A stretch of DNA of 41,581 nucleotides, from positions 1 through 41,581 of IMG/VR virus record IMGVR_UViG_3300030397_000152; one strand, 5' to 3'. Below, piece by piece: positions 1 to 6,346 of the stretch. The stretch is from a virus. Lineage: Duplodnaviria > Caudoviricetes. The translations under genes were made by a program, and so were the position numbers. The notes under the pieces are model-generated. The model was not told the DNA's origin and did not search any database. It saw only the letters and a program-made list of their open reading frames with translations. Positions within the stretch are counted from its first letter, which is position 1; every line of letters starts with the position of its first letter.

Positions 1-51
1 GCTCCAACAACTGCCAGCTATCCAGCCTCGAATCAGCCTCAACTATTTTCC

Positions 52-82
52 TGTGGACAAGCTGTGCATAACCTGTGGAAAA
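52..82. promoter_or_regulatory. Three DnaA-box-like 9-mers at 11-bp spacing
   Basis: TGTGGACAA (52-60), TGTGCATAA (63-71), TGTGGAAAA (74-82); two match the TGTGNAWAA consensus and one has a single mismatch. Confidence 0.55.
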
Positions 83-661
83 CTGCCAGTAATTACAAGC
101 GAACAAACAATTTAAATGAGGAACCCCACAATTCCCTAAACCTATCCAACCCGATAGTTGTCTGAGCACAAAACTCAAGATTGATGCTTATTTGGCTGCT
201 CGGTGGGTATTTGTATAGGCTAAAGTCATAACCTATTAAAAACGCTATAAAAGGCTGTTATTTAGAGGTTTTGGCAGGTGCTGTGATGATTTGAATAGAT
301 GAATCCGATTATCATTCAAACGAGTAGTTTATGTGGTGCGAATATACTACGCTTTTTGTTGGTGGGGAAGTGATAAAAAACAATAGTAGTTTGGTGGCTT
401 TGGTAGTGAAGATTTAACACGCCATTTCAGGCCGAAAAACAAGGTAAAAAAAGAACCAAAAAAACTCTCATATAAAGGCCAATAATTTATTAATGTATGA
501 GAAGGCTGTAAAGTCTGAACAGATGAGAGGTTTTTTGTACACTTCAATTGATCAAACGTTTTGAGATTGAATAGACTGAATTTGCCCTTACTTAACAGTA
601 TGGAACAGAGTTCATTATAGCATACTTTCTTTGTTTTGTGAAGATGTTTGAAAAATAATAC

Positions 662-691
662 TTTACATTTATAACTATCCTATGTTATAGT
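662..691 (+). promoter_or_regulatory. Early sigma70-type promoter P1
   Basis: TTTACA(662-667)-N18-TATAGT(686-691) with extended -10 TG, upstream of the first + strand ORF. Confidence 0.7.
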
Positions 692-695
692 TTTA
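670..695. promoter_or_regulatory. Palindromic operator O1
   Basis: TATAACTAT-N8-ATAGTTTTA; the same arms and spacer length recur at 2929-2954 and 5147-5172. Confidence 0.65.
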
Positions 696-720
696 ATATC
701 AAGCTTAGGATGTGGCTTTT

Positions 721-1227
721 ATGGCTACAAAAGAGAAAAGTATTATTGATGATGTGGAGTTTTCGTTTGAACCTGTTGAACAGCGTCCAGATGGTCTAAT
801 GGATGAAGCCGAAATGGATCATTTCAAATACACGCTGAAATACAATGGCAGTTCTATGGAAGGCTTCTATTCTATGGGTGTTGGTCATCGTGATAGAAAG
901 TTTGCTGACACGGGTTTTCATATACATAGAATGCGTAAAAATGGGTGGAAGATGGAGAGAGACCTAACAACACACGGTGGGGGGGCTTGGATGGTTAAAC
1001 CAAAAGGGCCGGATGTTAAGGGTGTTTTGTGGTCTCTATTGATGGATTCAAACGACCATATACACGGTATAAGTTTTGAAGATTGGTGCGACAGCCTCGG
1101 TTATGACAACGACAGTATAAAAGCGCTTAAAATTTATGAGGAATGCCAAAAAGCAAGCCGTGATCTTTTTGCAATGTTCGGAGCTGCTGGAATTGAAGAG
1201 CTAAACACCCTTTTGGAGGATTATTAA
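721..1227 (+). CDS. Early phage protein, function unknown
   Basis: ORF 712..1227; ATG 721 is better spaced from AGGA than GTG 712; motif FEDWCDSLGYDNDSIKA resembles conserved phage early proteins. Confidence 0.7.
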   Translation: MATKEKSIIDDVEFSFEPVEQRPDGLMDEAEMDHFKYTLKYNGSSMEGFYSMGVGHRDRKFADTGFHIHRMRKNGWKMERDLTTHGGGAWMVKPKGPDVKGVLWSLLMDSNDHIHGISFEDWCDSLGYDNDSIKALKIYEECQKASRDLFAMFGAAGIEELNTLLEDY

Positions 1228-1421
1228 TGTCAAAAACAAAACCTACAATTTACGAGGTATTAAAAGAAAAACTGGGAAGGGAGCCAACAAACGAAGAATT
1301 AAAACAGGATTGCCTGCGTATTATAAGAGAAGCAAACGAAGAAAGTAGAGCAAAGGGGAAAAAAAATGAAATACATTCAATTAATCGAGACGAGACGAAC
1401 CGGAAAGCCTGCAAGATTTAG
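1227..1421 (+). CDS. Small hypothetical protein
   Basis: TAATG coupling, GGAGG RBS; KLGREPTNEEL helix motif. Confidence 0.65.
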   Translation: MSKTKPTIYEVLKEKLGREPTNEELKQDCLRIIREANEESRAKGKKNEIHSINRDETNRKACKI

Positions 1422-1587
1422 CGCCGATGGTCGCCGAATAAGCAGAGATCGTTACAACCACATCACACGAATGGCTTCAATATATGGAAGGCTTGAATGT
1501 TTCCTAACAAAAGCATGGCCAATTGAAAACGGTGGTACAAAACGAAAGAACTACACAACAGCGGTTTTACCAGAAGGGGAGAATTAA
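1366..1587 (+). CDS. Small basic hypothetical protein
   Basis: AGGGG RBS before ATG 1366; 73 aa. Confidence 0.6.
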   Translation: MKYIQLIETRRTGKPARFSADGRRISRDRYNHITRMASIYGRLECFLTKAWPIENGGTKRKNYTTAVLPEGEN

Positions 1588-1664
1588 TGCTTAAATTATT
1601 ATGGATCGTTTTTGCACTATCGTTTTATTGGTTCACTTGCTTGCAAATAGCACAAGCAATCTAA
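1587..1664 (+). CDS. 25-aa hydrophobic peptide (not in ORF track)
   Basis: MLKLLWIVFALSFYWFTCLQIAQAI; TAATG coupling with the upstream stop, GGGGAG RBS, ends just before the next RBS. Confidence 0.55.
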   Translation: MLKLLWIVFALSFYWFTCLQIAQAI

Positions 1665-1678
1665 AAAAGGAGTATGGT

Positions 1679-2500
1679 ATGCCTACTACAAAAAAAGAAA
1701 TTAAAGCAATAGAAACTTGGCTTCCTGAGTTTCCAGGATTCTATTCAACACTGTTCGAATCAGACTATGGGAGCGAACTTGATTGGCTTGCCGAGGAGCA
1801 TAACTTCACCAATGACGAATTGTGCGACATTTGGGGAACTGATACCCAAAGACAGGCCGAAAAAGATTACAGGGAAGAAGTGGCGAAATCTGCGGTTGAT
1901 ACCATTGCCGAATGGCTTAAAAAATACGTCTATTCTATCGAGTTTCAGAGCATTTCATCGCCAAGGGAATACAATTTCCACAATGACAGCATAAATGTGG
2001 CTATATCGCCAAATAAACCGGAAATAATGGCATTCTTACAAAAAAACAAAGAGGCTTTTACCGAATACATAGAAGAAAGATATACCGATAAAAGCGGATT
2101 TTATTCCAGCTACAGCAATAACGTTGACGATTGGTTAAAATTGTCCAGCTTAGACCACAAACACAAACTAGGCTCAATACTCCAGTTTATTGTGGATCAA
2201 GTGAAAGAAGATGACGATCAATTTTATTATGAAGTCATGGACACAATTAACACGCCATACCTTGATCCGGATTCACTGAGAGCCGATATCAAAAAACAAG
2301 CCTTTGAAAGAGACCGCAAACATAGCCCAAAAAGCCTCGGATTTCTTGTTATAGAAGGAACAGAAGAAAATACACATGCCGTTATTGGCGTTCATACAAA
2401 TTTTAAATACTTAGACAATGCCTCAATTAAAAAGGCAAGCAAATATCGCAGAAAACTAGAATTAACAGCTGAAAGGATTAGAAAAGATGAACAACGCTGA
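1679..2500 (+). CDS. Conserved-looking early phage protein with acidic N-terminal two-thirds
   Basis: AAGGAG RBS supports ATG 1679 rather than 1601; motifs FPGFYST, SPREYNF, SGFYSSY. Confidence 0.75.
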   Translation: MPTTKKEIKAIETWLPEFPGFYSTLFESDYGSELDWLAEEHNFTNDELCDIWGTDTQRQAEKDYREEVAKSAVDTIAEWLKKYVYSIEFQSISSPREYNFHNDSINVAISPNKPEIMAFLQKNKEAFTEYIEERYTDKSGFYSSYSNNVDDWLKLSSLDHKHKLGSILQFIVDQVKEDDDQFYYEVMDTINTPYLDPDSLRADIKKQAFERDRKHSPKSLGFLVIEGTEENTHAVIGVHTNFKYLDNASIKKASKYRRKLELTAERIRKDEQR

Positions 2501-2687
2501 ATTATTTATCAACCTTATCAACAAAGAACGCCAAAAGGCCGGAAATTTGAGCTACAAGGGCCGTATGGCTGGACTGATGGACTATCTATCAGAATTAGAC
2601 GTTAAAGAGCTCAGAAAGGGGAATAGTTTTACTGGGATAATGGAGTTCGGAGAAATTAACGTAGAATTTGCAATATCAAAGAACTAA
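2487..2687 (+). CDS. Hypothetical protein
   Basis: 66-aa ORF overlapping the upstream stop, AAGGA RBS. Confidence 0.6.
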   Translation: MNNAELFINLINKERQKAGNLSYKGRMAGLMDYLSELDVKELRKGNSFTGIMEFGEINVEFAISKN

Positions 2688-2701
2688 AAAAGGGGTTAAG
2701 C

Positions 2702-2920
2702 ATGCAAAACGAAATACCTGTAAGGGATCGAATGACAAAAGGCCAAAGCTTTAAAATAGGATTGGTTGGAGACGACAAAACCTACACCTTTTTAAAGTAT
2801 GATGAAAAGAAAAATATTCTTGGAACCTACAGCGATGGAAACTCACACGGAATCGTCGCCATAAGTAGAAACTGCCCTATGGCGGTTTGGCCTGATTTAC
2901 GCGCAATTAAGGCAGAATAG
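2702..2920 (+). CDS. Hypothetical protein
   Basis: 72-aa ORF, AAGGGG RBS. Confidence 0.6.
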   Translation: MQNEIPVRDRMTKGQSFKIGLVGDDKTYTFLKYDEKKNILGTYSDGNSHGIVAISRNCPMAVWPDLRAIKAE

Positions 2921-2928
2921 GAGGTAAA

Positions 2929-2954
2929 TAAAACTATTGACTAGGATAGTATAA
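2929..2954. promoter_or_regulatory. Palindromic operator O2 overlapping the -35 of the Y RNA/Ro60 promoter
   Basis: TAAAACTAT-tgactagg-ATAGTATAA; its reverse complement closely matches O1, including CCTA in the spacer. Confidence 0.6.
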
Positions 2955-2965
2955 ATAATTATAGT
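2937..2965 (+). promoter_or_regulatory. sigma70-type promoter P2 for the Y RNA array and Ro60
   Basis: TTGACT(2937-2942)-N17-TATAGT(2960-2965); predicted +1 near 2973, the first base of the first RNA stem. Confidence 0.8.
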
Positions 2966-2972
2966 TATACTC

Positions 2973-3046
2973 AGCAATGGCGAAGAGGTCGGTTACTTCA
3001 AAACTTTGGATGTTTTCACAGACACCGATCTCGATTGTACCTTGCT
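2973..3046 (+). ncRNA. Y RNA-like ncRNA Y1 (short; Ro stem plus one hairpin)
   Basis: AGCAA/TTGCT terminal stem, GGCGAAG Ro motif, 9-bp GAGGTCGGT/ACCGATCTC stem, TACTTC linker, internal hairpin AAAAC-TTTGGAT-GTTTT; upstream of Ro60. Confidence 0.8.
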
Positions 3047-3063
3047 ACTAAGGTTAAATTAAC

Positions 3064-3208
3064 AGTGTATGAGTGGTGAAGTTTGCAGTTACTTCGAATG
3101 GGTCTATGTAATTCTGGTTCGAGTCCAGATCAGTCCTGAAAAGGATTGGTAGCCAAATGGTAAGGCAATAGAAAGAAAAACTCTGTAAACGCTTGTTCCC
3201 TCATCGCT
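3064..3208 (+). ncRNA. YrlA-like Y RNA Y2 with permuted tRNA-like domain
   Basis: ATGAG-T-GGTGAAG...GCTTGTTCCCTCAT Ro stem; T arm TCTGG-TTCGAGT-CCAGA (3113-3129); acceptor-like TCAGTCCT-GAAA-AGGATTGG; D arm GCC-AAATGGTAA-GGC; TCTAT/ATAGA anticodon stem. Confidence 0.9.
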
Positions 3209-3220
3209 AAGCTTGATATT

Positions 3221-3350
3221 TTGAGTGGCGTAGATACCGGATACTTCAAATCTGACGTGTACAGGTTCGAATCCTGTCTGAGTAAATTTACTCAGTGGCT
3301 GAATGGTAAGGCATTAGACATCAAATGGCCGATATCGCTTGTTCCCTCAA
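3221..3350 (+). ncRNA. YrlA-like Y RNA Y3 with permuted tRNA-like domain
   Basis: TTGAG-T-GGCGTAG...GCTTGTTCCCTCAA Ro stem; T arm ACAGG-TTCGAAT-CCTGT; acceptor-like hairpin CTGAGTA-AATT-TACTCAG; D arm GCT-GAATGGTAA-GGC; TCTGA/TTAGA anticodon stem. Confidence 0.9.
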
Positions 3351-3368
3351 TTAACACAAGAACAAATT

Positions 3369-3517
3369 GACCTTTGAGTGGCGAAGATAGCAGATACTTC
3401 GTTCTGTTAAAACGAGAGGTCGCAGGTTCGATTCCTGCTCCGCTTTGGGAAACTTTGGCGGGTAGCTCAGCTGGTTAGAGCGCTAAATCTCTGTTATCGC
3501 TTATTCCCTCAAAGGTC
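3369..3517 (+). ncRNA. YrlA-like Y RNA Y4 with complete permuted tRNA-Asn(GUU)-like domain
   Basis: 10-bp GACCTTTGAG/CTCAAAGGTC stem, GGCGAAG motif, GATAGCAGA/TCTGTTATC stem; anticodon arm TCGTT-CTGTTAA-AACGA; T arm GCAGG-TTCGATT-CCTGC; acceptor TCCGCT/GGCGGG; D arm GCTC-AGCTGGTTA-GAGC. Confidence 0.9.
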
Positions 3518-3567
3518 TAAACCTAAGTAGCCCATTGCTGAAAACCAAAACAAAGGAGATCAGACAA

Positions 3568-4893
3568 ATGGCAACACTAAACAAGAAACGAAAAATCTAC
3601 ACTAACGAAGGAGCGAGAGCTTCGCATCTTTCACCAGCACAACAACTTGAGCGCTCTGTTATGAGCTGCCTACTTTGGGAGAATAGCTTCTATGAGGATG
3701 GCGTCTCGATTACTGATCGGATATCTGGACTTTGTGATCAGGTGGGACTGTCCTTTATCAGTGAGCTTGCAATTAAAGCACGAGAGGAGCAGCATTTAAG
3801 GCACATCCCATTATTCCTCATTCGTCAGATGGTCAGGAAGGTCGATGAGGCAATTAAGGCAGGCAAGAGGATTGACAGCGCTCTTGTATCGAAGACACTA
3901 GCCAGAGTTATTCAGCGTCCAGATGAGATTACGGAGTTCCTAGCGATCTATTGGAAAGATGGCAGGCAACCGCTGTCAGCTCAGGTCAAAAAAGGACTGG
4001 CTGCTGCGTTTATGAAGTTCGATGAGTATCAGCTGGCAAAGTACAACCGAGATGGTGAAGTAAAGCTTCGTGACGCTCTTTTCCTCTGCCATGCCAAACC
4101 CGCTACTGTTGAACAGGCTCAGATGTTCAAACGGCTTGTTGATGGCACATTACAAGTGCCTGACACTTGGGAAGTGGCGTTGTCCGGTGGTGAAAATAAG
4201 AAAGAGGCATGGGAACGTCTTCTTGGAGAGAATAAACTGGGTGGCTTAGCCTTACTTAGAAACCTTCGGAACATGAAGGATGTAGGGGTAGACCGAAACA
4301 CGGTTATTCAGGCAATTAAGACAGGAAAGTTCCGGCGTGTATTGCCATTCCGATTCTTGGCAGCAGCTAGATTCGTCCCAGAGCTGGAACCATTCTTGGA
4401 AGAGGCTATGTTACGATCCCTGTCTGAGATGCCAAAAATTCCTGGCCGTACTGCGATACTTGTGGATCATAGCTACTCTATGGTTGGAACCAATGTGTCA
4501 AAACGATCTGACCTTGATCGATTTGATGCTGCTTGTGCATTAGCCATCATCGTTCGAGAAATATGTGAAGACCCGTTGGTGATTGCATTTTCAATGGAAG
4601 CTCGGATCATAGCGCCACGGCGTGGCTTTGCTCTCTCAGACGCAATTAAGACATCAATGGAGTTCAGTGGAACATACACCGAAGACGCAAAGCAGCTGGC
4701 CGACCGTGAAGGCTATGACAACATCATAATCATCACAGATGAGCAGTCTCACCAATCTATCTCAGCCCCAAAAGGCAAAGGATTCATTGTGAACGTCAAT
4801 AACTATCAAAATGGCATTGGATATGGCCCCTGGACTCACATCAGCGGATGGTCTGAGTCAGTGATGACATACATCAGAGAAGTTCTTGTATGA
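3568..4893 (+). CDS. rsr: Ro60/Rsr-like TROVE-domain RNA-binding protein with C-terminal vWA domain
   Basis: TROVE motifs (TNEGA, FYED, KFDEYQLAKY, LRDALFLCHAKP, TWEVALS, ALLRNLRN, LPFRFLAA); MIDAS DHSYS and ITDEQ; AAGGAG RBS supports ATG 3568. Confidence 0.95.
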   Translation: MATLNKKRKIYTNEGARASHLSPAQQLERSVMSCLLWENSFYEDGVSITDRISGLCDQVGLSFISELAIKAREEQHLRHIPLFLIRQMVRKVDEAIKAGKRIDSALVSKTLARVIQRPDEITEFLAIYWKDGRQPLSAQVKKGLAAAFMKFDEYQLAKYNRDGEVKLRDALFLCHAKPATVEQAQMFKRLVDGTLQVPDTWEVALSGGENKKEAWERLLGENKLGGLALLRNLRNMKDVGVDRNTVIQAIKTGKFRRVLPFRFLAAARFVPELEPFLEEAMLRSLSEMPKIPGRTAILVDHSYSMVGTNVSKRSDLDRFDAACALAIIVREICEDPLVIAFSMEARIIAPRRGFALSDAIKTSMEFSGTYTEDAKQLADREGYDNIIIITDEQSHQSISAPKGKGFIVNVNNYQNGIGYGPWTHISGWSESVMTYIREVLV

Positions 4894-5135
4894 TCTGGAG
4901 ACCAATTAAAACAGCCCCGATAGAAACCGAGATTTTAATCTATTATGGTGAAAATCGGGGCTTGAGCTCCAAACAGAAGCACGTTGCAAGAGCAACGGTA
5001 ACATCAGATCAGCAGATTTGCTGGATTGACTCACGAGGATTTAATTGGCTTGATGAACCTGATTTGTGGTGTCCCATCCTGCCAGTTCCTGACGAAGATA
5101 AGACCGTAACAATCGGGGATGTTGAAAAGAATTAA
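4890..5135 (+). CDS. DUF551-like small phage protein
   Basis: WRPIKTAP...PDLWCPILPVP signature; ATGA overlap with the Ro60 stop. Confidence 0.7.
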   Translation: MIWRPIKTAPIETEILIYYGENRGLSSKQKHVARATVTSDQQICWIDSRGFNWLDEPDLWCPILPVPDEDKTVTIGDVEKN

Positions 5136-5139
5136 TGTA

Positions 5140-5168
5140 TTGAATCGTATACTATAAGGTGTTATAGT
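5140..5168 (+). promoter_or_regulatory. sigma70-type promoter P3
   Basis: TTGAAT(5140-5145)-N17-TATAGT(5163-5168) with extended -10 TG. Confidence 0.75.
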
Positions 5169-5172
5169 TATA
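5147..5172. promoter_or_regulatory. Palindromic operator O3
   Basis: GTATACTAT-aaggtgtt-ATAGTTATA. Confidence 0.65.
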
Positions 5173-5222
5173 ACGTCCCAAATTTGAAGCGATTTCAATA
5201 CAAAGCGAGGTGGTGATTATAG

Positions 5223-5537
5223 TTGACAAAGCGAAAGAGTCGTAGCCGGATTTATAACGTGAAGAGACGTGTGTACAACATTTTCCAAGCTGTTTGGAAG
5301 CATGGAAGCATTGGAAAAGCTGCTCCACACATAACTTCAATGTTTACCGGAAGGCCAATGTCATCCATTGGTGTACGACGATACTTAAAAGATAACGGCT
5401 ACAAGATCGTGATGGGACCATACTTGATAAATAAAGAAGGGTACCTTGTCGATCCGGAAAAGCTTTTAAAGCAAGCCGTTAAAGAAGAAGAGAAACAAAA
5501 GAACTCAACTGAATACGAAGGAGAAAATGGATTATGA
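5223..5537 (+). CDS. Putative HTH-type DNA-binding regulator
   Basis: Basic 104-aa protein; KHGSIGKAA resembles the GSISKAA start of ModE/LysR-like HTHs; GAGGTG RBS, TTG start; first gene after P3. Confidence 0.5.
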   Translation: MTKRKSRSRIYNVKRRVYNIFQAVWKHGSIGKAAPHITSMFTGRPMSSIGVRRYLKDNGYKIVMGPYLINKEGYLVDPEKLLKQAVKEEEKQKNSTEYEGENGL

Positions 5538-5824
5538 GTCAAGGACAACCGCAAAAGAATGTAGAGCGATTTAGAATGGTAGTAAAGGGCAAAGAGATTC
5601 AAACTCAAAATGGCCCAAAGAATATGTGGAATGAGATCGGTCAGATCAGCGTATTTTCACAATTCCCCATCCCCGACGATCTCAGCTTCTCTATTGAGAT
5701 CAATCATATGCCTGGAGCTCAAGTTAATGGCTTCAAACGGCAACAAAACCAACAACAAGGTCAATACCAGCAACCTCAAGGCCAACAACAATATAACCAA
5801 GGCCAGCAGGGAGGCGGTTACTAA
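5534..5824 (+). CDS. Small protein with Q/G-rich tail, possibly ssDNA-binding
   Basis: Beta-rich core with WNEIG, low-complexity QQQQGQYQQ tail; GGAG RBS. Confidence 0.55.
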   Translation: MSQGQPQKNVERFRMVVKGKEIQTQNGPKNMWNEIGQISVFSQFPIPDDLSFSIEINHMPGAQVNGFKRQQNQQQGQYQQPQGQQQYNQGQQGGGY

Positions 5825-6336
5825 TGAAGGATCAACTTAAATGGAGGTCTGTTAACACTGACCACGAGCTGAAGAACGTTGAAGCTTTAGATATTCCAGA
5901 GTACGGAATCTCCGTGATTTCTGTGACAACAAGATCAAGCGAGTATTCCAACAAAATTGAGTGTATCAACGAGTTTGTTGTTGATATGCCAGGAGCTATT
6001 GATGAGGAAACAACTGATGCAATTGCTCAAGCAACAAAAGCACTGCAAACAGCTAATACACAAGTTGAGAAGCCTGTTCCAAAGGTTGAAGGCGCTGCGT
6101 CTGAACAATCCGGCCCTGCAAACCTCACTAAAGAGCAGGTGATGGAGGATGCCTTAAAATCTGCTGGTCAAATTGGAGCTGAGGAAACTCAAGAACCAGA
6201 GCAGCCAGAGCAGCCAGAGCAGCCAGAGCAGCCAGAGCAAGCACCAGAAGCACCAAAAGAGGAAAACAAGAAGTCTAAGCCCAAAGCCAAGGCAGCGCCA
6301 GCTGGCCCAGGAATGGCTAAAGGCCCAGGTTTGTAG
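5824..6336 (+). CDS. Hypothetical protein with disordered PEQ-repeat C-terminus
   Basis: TAATG coupling, GGAGG RBS, 170 aa. Confidence 0.7.
   Translation: MKDQLKWRSVNTDHELKNVEALDIPEYGISVISVTTRSSEYSNKIECINEFVVDMPGAIDEETTDAIAQATKALQTANTQVEKPVPKVEGAASEQSGPANLTKEQVMEDALKSAGQIGAEETQEPEQPEQPEQPEQPEQAPEAPKEENKKSKPKAKAAPAGPGMAKGPGL
6196..6240 (+). repeat. 9-bp tandem repeat (CCAGAGCAG)x5 encoding PEQ
   Basis: Four exact copies plus a final CCAGAGCAA. Confidence 0.9.
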
Positions 6337-6346
6337 GGGAAAAATA

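Noticed and set aside
347-547. 66-aa - strand ORF in the left arm
   Set aside because: TTG start, no evident RBS and low-complexity composition; treated as non-coding.
3244-3326. Cryptic UCA (opal/Sec) anticodon loop CTTCAAA in Y3, echoed by CATCAAA, implying recoding
   Set aside because: CTTC is part of the linker shared by all four RNAs, and many genes end at TGA in ATGA overlaps, so TGA behaves as a stop codon.
3142-3445. Intron-split tRNAs formed from the D half of one unit and the T half of the next
   Set aside because: Acceptor strands of adjacent units (AGGATTGG with CTGAGTA; TACTCAG with TCCGCT) do not pair, whereas within-unit pairing is good.
3100-3482. Ordinary tRNA gene cluster or tRNA pseudogenes
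   Set aside because: In each unit the T arm precedes the D arm, the acceptor stem is closed by a loop and there is no CCA; each is enclosed by a Ro-binding stem.
2973-3517. CRISPR array (with the Cas4-like gene at 9036)
   Set aside because: The repeated parts are two complementary halves of a stem around structured tRNA-like inserts of unequal length; there is no cas1/cas2, and solo Cas4-like nucleases are common in phages.
670-5172. lox/dif-like recombination sites (inverted arms with 8-bp spacer)
   Set aside because: The spacers differ, the arms are short, no recombinase was recognised and all three sites overlap promoters; an operator is the simpler explanation.
6173-6346. N-terminal SQS-repeat extension of ORF 6173..6586
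   Set aside because: It is an alternative-frame reading of the PEQ repeat; the RBS supports a start at 6347.
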